Under the pieces are notes generated by a model. The model did not search any database and was not told where the DNA came from. It saw only the letters and a program-made list of their open reading frames with translations. Both the position numbers and the translations under genes were made by a program. DNA of 64,000 bases from Pseudomonadota bacterium (lineage in GTDB: Bacteria > Pseudomonadota > Gammaproteobacteria > Burkholderiales > Burkholderiaceae_C): assembly GCA_023415035.1 (NCBI GenBank), contig JAEZLX010000008.1, forward strand, positions 11,277-75,276. Reading direction: 5' to 3'. Within the stretch, counting starts at the first letter, position 1; every line of letters begins with the position of its first letter. Positions 59,809 through 64,000 of this stretch are shown in pieces.

Positions 59809-60931
59809 TGGCTACACCTTCCTCGTTTTGAAGTTCGCTTGCCCAGATACGATGAATCAACTCTATCTCCTCGTCAGATATTAGTCGACCACCAAATTGC
59901 TTCTCGGTTTCCTGAAGCCGCTCAAGAATCTCTTTGCGGGCTTGGATAGTAAAAGGTCCAGGAATATGCTTTCCCGTTAGATCAAACGTTAAGCGTCCAT
60001 TTCGCCTCATTGCACTTCGATACTTAGGATCATTTCGAATGGAAACAAGCCAGTTCCTAAAATCGACAAGCGGCTTGTAGATATCTTTTCCAGAGTCAAT
60101 GAATCCCTGCAAGGAACGATCTTTTTCGACAACGGTACAGGTCCAGCAGCCGAACCTGCTGTTGCTCGTACCGCAGCCAGGAGCTTCGTCTTTACTCAGC
60201 ACGACTGGACATTCGCCACCTTCCGCGTCACGGTAAAGTTGAAACAGTTCTCGATGAGTTCCGCCCCATGGACAGGGTTCTGTGCCAAGAATCTCCCACA
60301 CCTCATCAGTGGTGAGGTCTACGATGGGACGGAAGATAAATGCCCCCGTCAATTTGGTGTGCGGCGTGAGATTCGAATCTTCTAAATCTTGGTACTTCTC
60401 AATGATCCTCATCCGTGTCTGGCTTTCGGACTTCCGAACACCTAGAACCACGATAGCAGACTTGAACGTCTCAATATTTTTTCGAATATATGAACTCGTA
60501 GGCTGAATTTTAAGGCGGTCTGTGCACCATCTCATTTGCTGATTTGGGCTTGGATAGCCCTTACCTATCAGCAGTGCCCAAAATGTTTTTTCTGGCTCAG
60601 GCTTGGTCCGAACCACTGTGACAGGCAAGCCCAATGCTTCTGCTGCTACACCGATTGCGCCGGAGCTCTGATCAAGATGAGCAAGCACCAAGGGGCTTTC
60701 AACCAAGGTGTCGTTAGAGACCACGTGAATCTCCCGCCGCCGCAGGGAAGGCGGGATGTCCTCGAGTGCCTTGAAAATTGCGTGAGCGACGAGCGTCGAG
60801 TCTTTCCCTCCTGAAAAACCAACGATCCAAGGGTAATCCTGCACTTCAGACAAGTACTCTTGCTTGACGATGTGAATGACCTTTCGCCATTTTTCGTCTG
60901 TGGTCAGGGGGTTATCAAGAACTACTTCCAC
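59801..60931 (-). CDS. dndC: DNA phosphorothioation sulfurtransferase DndC (PAPS-reductase family)
   Basis: PWIVGFSGGKDS, DTLVESP, GKGYPSP, RWCTDRLKI, GECP, SRFGCWTCTVV, GPFT. Confidence 0.93.
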   Translation of the reverse strand: MEVVLDNPLTTDEKWRKVIHIVKQEYLSEVQDYPWIVGFSGGKDSTLVAHAIFKALEDIPPSLRRREIHVVSNDTLVESPLVLAHLDQSSGAIGVAAEALGLPVTVVRTKPEPEKTFWALLIGKGYPSPNQQMRWCTDRLKIQPTSSYIRKNIETFKSAIVVLGVRKSESQTRMRIIEKYQDLEDSNLTPHTKLTGAFIFRPIVDLTTDEVWEILGTEPCPWGGTHRELFQLYRDAEGGECPVVLSKDEAPGCGTSNSRFGCWTCTVVEKDRSLQGFIDSGKDIYKPLVDFRNWLVSIRNDPKYRSAMRRNGRLTFDLTGKHIPGPFTIQARKEILERLQETEKQFGGRLISDEEIELIHRIWASELQNEEGVANV

Positions 60932-61210
60932 TTCGCTCCATTCACATGTGTGAAATTGCTATCGGTGTGTTGATAGCTTTTTTGTCTATTGTATGGTCGG
61001 TATGGTTGTCACGCGTCGCACTGACTCAAGGAGCACTCCTACTCCATCGGGAGAATGGACGCACACGCCGCGTCTGTGAGCCCAAGGTCAAGCCGGCGAT
61101 AGTGCCATGCGCGTGTTTAAACTTGACTTGCACAATATGCTCATAAGCATCACCTTATCTCGAACAAAGAGACTTACAAGCAGCGTAGCTTGTACGCTCT
61201 CTTCATCAGA

Positions 61211-61245
61211 GAAATTACCCACTAGCGAAATTATTCTACGGTCAC
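61211..61245. other. glmS-proximal att junction that supplies a replacement glmS 3' end
   Basis: ACTAGCGAAATTATTCTACGGTCAC (61221-61245) is identical to 52280-52304 and encodes VTVE*. Confidence 0.88.
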
Positions 61246-63093
61246 ACTCTTGGCCAGGTTGCGCGGCTTGTCAACGTCCGTGCCCTTGGCCAGGGCGGTG
61301 TGGTAGGCCAGCAGCTGCAGCGGCACCACGTGCAGGATGGGCGAGAGGGCGCCGTAGTTCTCCGGCATGCGGATGACGTTGACGCCCTCCTCGCTGCCGA
61401 TGCGGGTGTCGGCATCGGCCAGCACGTACAACACGCCGCCGCGCGCGCGCACTTCCTGCATGTTGCTCTTGAGTTTTTCCAGCAGGGCATCGTTGGGCGC
61501 CACCGTCACCACCGGCATGGCGCTCGTCACCAGGGCCAGCGGCCCGTGCTTGAGTTCGCCGGCCGGGTAAGCCTCGGCGTGGATGTAGCTGATTTCCTTG
61601 AGCTTGAGCGCGCCCTCCAACGCGATCGGATAGTGCATGCCGCGGCCCAGGAAAAGCGCGTTGTCCATGCGCGCGAAGTCCTCTGCCCAGCTGATGACTT
61701 GCGGCTCCAGCGCCAGCACCGCCTGCAGGGCCAGCGGCAGGTGGCGCATGGCCTTGAGGTACTCGGCCTCCTTCGCCTCGCCCAGGCGCCCGCGCACCTG
61801 CGCCAGTGCCAGCGTGAGCAGGAACAGCCCCGCGAGCTGCGTCGTGAACGCCTTGGTCGAAGCCACGCCGATCTCCACGCCGGCACGAGTGATGTAAGCC
61901 AGCTCGCATTCGCGCACCATCGCGCTCGTGGACACGTTGCAGATCGTCAGGGTGTGCCGCATGCCCAGACCCTGTGCATGGCGCAGCGCGGCCAGCGTGT
62001 CGGCCGTCTCGCCGCTCTGGCTGATGGTCACGACGAGCGTCCGCGGGTTGGGCACGCTGGTGCGGTAGCGGTATTCGCTGGCCACTTCGACCTGCGTCGG
62101 GATGCCGGCAATTTCCTCCAGCCAGTACTTGGCCGTGCAGCCGCTGTAGTAGCTGGTGCCGCAGGCCAGGACCAGCACCTGCTCGACATCCTTGAAGATG
62201 CGGTACGCACCGTCGCCGAACAGCTCGGGCACGATGCCCTCCACGCCCTCCAACGTGTCGCCAATGGCGCGAGGCTGCTCGAAGATCTCCTTTTGCATGT
62301 AGTGGCGGTACGGCCCGAGTTCGGCCGCTCCGCTGTGCGCATGCACGGTACGCACGGGCCGCTGCCCGGCCTCGAGCGAGCGTCCCTGGCGGTCGGCCAC
62401 CCAGTAGCGGCCCAGCTGCAGATCAACAAGATCCCCCTCTTCCAGATACACGATCTGGTCCGTCACGCCGGCCAGTGCCATCGCATCGCTGGCCAAGAAG
62501 TGCTCGGCACCGCCCTCGCCCACCCCCAGCACCAGGGGAGAGCCCGCGCGCGCGCCCACCACGCGATGAGGCTCGTCGCGGTGGAACACCGCCAGCGCAT
62601 AGGCACCGTGCAGCTGGGACACCGCGGCCTGCAACGCGGCAAAGATGTCGCCCTCGTAGAGCGAGTCCACCAGGTGCGCGATGACCTCGGTGTCGGTCTG
62701 GCTCGCAAAGACATAGCCCTTGGCTTTGAGCTCGGCGCGCAGCTCTTCGTGGTTTTCGATGATGCCGTTGTGCACCAGCGCCACCCGCCCGGGTGCATCA
62801 TCAGCCGAGGCAGGGCCATGACTGAAGTGCGGGTGCGCGTTGTGCACGGCCGGCGCTCCGTGCGTGGCCCAGCGGGTGTGGGCGATGCCGGTGCCGCTGG
62901 ACACGCTCTCGACCTGAACCTGCCGCGCCAGCTCCGACACCCGCGCGGTGCTGCGTGCCCGCTTCAGTCCTCCGGGGCCGGCGTGAACCGCCACCCCGCA
63001 GGAGTCATAGCCGCGGTACTCCAGGCGCTGCAAACCCTGGATGAGAACCGGAACGATGTCGCGCCCGGACACGCCGGCAACGATGCCACACAT
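61231..63093 (-). CDS. glmS: Glutamine--fructose-6-phosphate aminotransferase
   Basis: [40 protein letters not shown]. Confidence 0.99.
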   Translation of the reverse strand: MCGIVAGVSGRDIVPVLIQGLQRLEYRGYDSCGVAVHAGPGGLKRARSTARVSELARQVQVESVSSGTGIAHTRWATHGAPAVHNAHPHFSHGPASADDAPGRVALVHNGIIENHEELRAELKAKGYVFASQTDTEVIAHLVDSLYEGDIFAALQAAVSQLHGAYALAVFHRDEPHRVVGARAGSPLVLGVGEGGAEHFLASDAMALAGVTDQIVYLEEGDLVDLQLGRYWVADRQGRSLEAGQRPVRTVHAHSGAAELGPYRHYMQKEIFEQPRAIGDTLEGVEGIVPELFGDGAYRIFKDVEQVLVLACGTSYYSGCTAKYWLEEIAGIPTQVEVASEYRYRTSVPNPRTLVVTISQSGETADTLAALRHAQGLGMRHTLTICNVSTSAMVRECELAYITRAGVEIGVASTKAFTTQLAGLFLLTLALAQVRGRLGEAKEAEYLKAMRHLPLALQAVLALEPQVISWAEDFARMDNALFLGRGMHYPIALEGALKLKEISYIHAEAYPAGELKHGPLALVTSAMPVVTVAPNDALLEKLKSNMQEVRARGGVLYVLADADTRIGSEEGVNVIRMPENYGALSPILHVVPLQLLAYHTALAKGTDVDKPRNLAKSVTVE

Positions 63094-63232
63094 GGAATGC
63101 TCCTTGAATCAGCAGAATGGCGTCGATGCTACGCACCCCGAAACGAAATTTGATTCGAATCTATTGGCTCATATGAAATATAATTTCATCATAGGAATGA
63201 GAAGACATAAATGAAACAAATTCGACATTTAA

Positions 63233-63739
63233 ATGAATGATTATTTCATCGATGACATCGACCTGAAACTGCTGGGCCTGCTGCAGGACGACACCCGCCG
63301 CAGCAACCTCGCGCTGGCCGAGGCCGTGCACGTCTCCCCGCCCACCTGCCTCCGACGCATACGGCGCCTGCGCGAGATGGGCTTGATCGAACGCGAAGTA
63401 GCGGTCCTCAGCCAGGACCGGCTGGCGCCGCTGATCGGTCACGGTATCACCGCGCTGGTTGAGGTCACGCTGGAGCGGCAGGACGCGCAGAGGATGGACG
63501 CCTTCGAGGCCCGCGCCGTCGCCGAAGCCGAGGTGCAGCAGTGCTACCGCGTGAGTCCCGGCCCGGATTTCATGCTGGTCATCCACACCACCGACATGCC
63601 CGGCTACCTCGCTCTGGCCCAGCGCCTGTTCACATCCGATGCCAACGTGCGCAACGTGAAGGCATTTTTCAGCGTCAGGCGGGCCAAGTTCGATCCACGC
63701 CTGCCTCTGCCTGCAAGAAAGGCGACACCTGCCGGGTGA
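63233..63739 (+). CDS. Lrp/AsnC-family regulator divergent from glmS
   Basis: DDIDLKLLGLLQ...SN..LAE.V.VS...CLRRIRRL HTH; RAM domain. Confidence 0.92.
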   Translation: MNDYFIDDIDLKLLGLLQDDTRRSNLALAEAVHVSPPTCLRRIRRLREMGLIEREVAVLSQDRLAPLIGHGITALVEVTLERQDAQRMDAFEARAVAEAEVQQCYRVSPGPDFMLVIHTTDMPGYLALAQRLFTSDANVRNVKAFFSVRRAKFDPRLPLPARKATPAG

Positions 63740-63863
63740 ACGCCGTTCACGACGATGCGCCTTTTATCCGAAAGTGGCAACAATTTTTCTCGGATGCGTG
63801 CACCATCACATGCTGACCTAGAATTCCCTGAAAAAAATAATACGAAAATCTTCAGGAGGTTAC

Positions 63864-64000
63864 GTGTCGACATCCACAATCCTAATCAGCGCTGGCGTGC
63901 TGCTGCTGGTCGCCGTGATCATCGGCGTGGTCGCATTCTGGCTACGCCGCAAGGGCACCTCATCCGGTCGGGACGACCGCTACACACCGGAACGCCTCTT
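63864..64000 (+). CDS. Partial membrane-anchored protein (runs off the window)
   Basis: CAGGAGG RBS, GTG start, hydrophobic ILISAGVLLLVAVIIGVVAFWL followed by RRK. Confidence 0.5.
   Translation, partial: MSTSTILISAGVLLLVAVIIGVVAFWLRRKGTSSGRDDRYTPERL

Larger units (their letters stand above)
52300..61245. mobile_element. Integrative element 2 (~8.9 kb, lower GC) with recombinases and dnd cargo
   Basis: att junctions at both ends, visibly AT-richer than host DNA, tyrosine and serine recombinase genes. Confidence 0.88.

Noticed and set aside
60946..61146. 66-aa ORF upstream of dndC as dndB or a membrane protein
   Set aside because: Opposite strand, no RBS or motif; more likely the dnd promoter region
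50949..61245. Tn7 insertion at attTn7
   Set aside because: No tnsABCD genes, no TGT...ACA ends and no 5-bp duplication downstream of glmS; the crossover lies inside the glmS coding end

Overview
GC-rich betaproteobacterial chromosome, Comamonadaceae-like by gene content and codon style (inference). (1) 1-6.9 kb: housekeeping genes (phoH, MliC-like lipoprotein, ybeY, dtd, CDF transporter, tyrS, M23 peptidase) plus a collapsed kinase/GlcG/ankyrin pseudogene scar. (2) 6.9-45.4 kb: a ~38 kb surface-structure locus. A minus-strand MSHA/T2SS-like type IV filament operon carries seven prepilins, three of them very large with hydrophobic-hairpin/coiled-coil tails. A 7TM-DISM two-component system follows. 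Divergently lie a 3532-aa DUF4347/cadherin/Ig adhesin with an N-terminal LEPRxLL-type motif, TolC, two membrane-fusion proteins and an M50 (site-2) protease-MFP fusion, with no ABC ATPase in the operon. (3) 45.4-50.9 kb: a LysR-controlled esterase/Baeyer-Villiger monooxygenase/TctC catabolic cluster. (4) 50.95-61.25 kb: two tandem integrated elements in the 3' end of glmS, bounded by attL, an internal attP-like site and attR sharing a GTCAC core. The first is reduced to an IS30 scar. The second is lower in GC and carries a tyrosine recombinase, a decayed large serine recombinase fused to a DUF6641-like gene, a type III restriction remnant, a candidate ssDNA origin and a compact phosphorothioation module (dndC, small protein, dndD, DndE-FtsK fusion). 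(5) glmS, an Lrp regulator and a partial membrane protein. The best novelty candidates are the ABC-less M50-protease export system, the giant-pilin filament operon, the DndE-FtsK dnd variant and the serine-integrase-type att sites at glmS. Family assignments come from motif recognition; no database searches were run.
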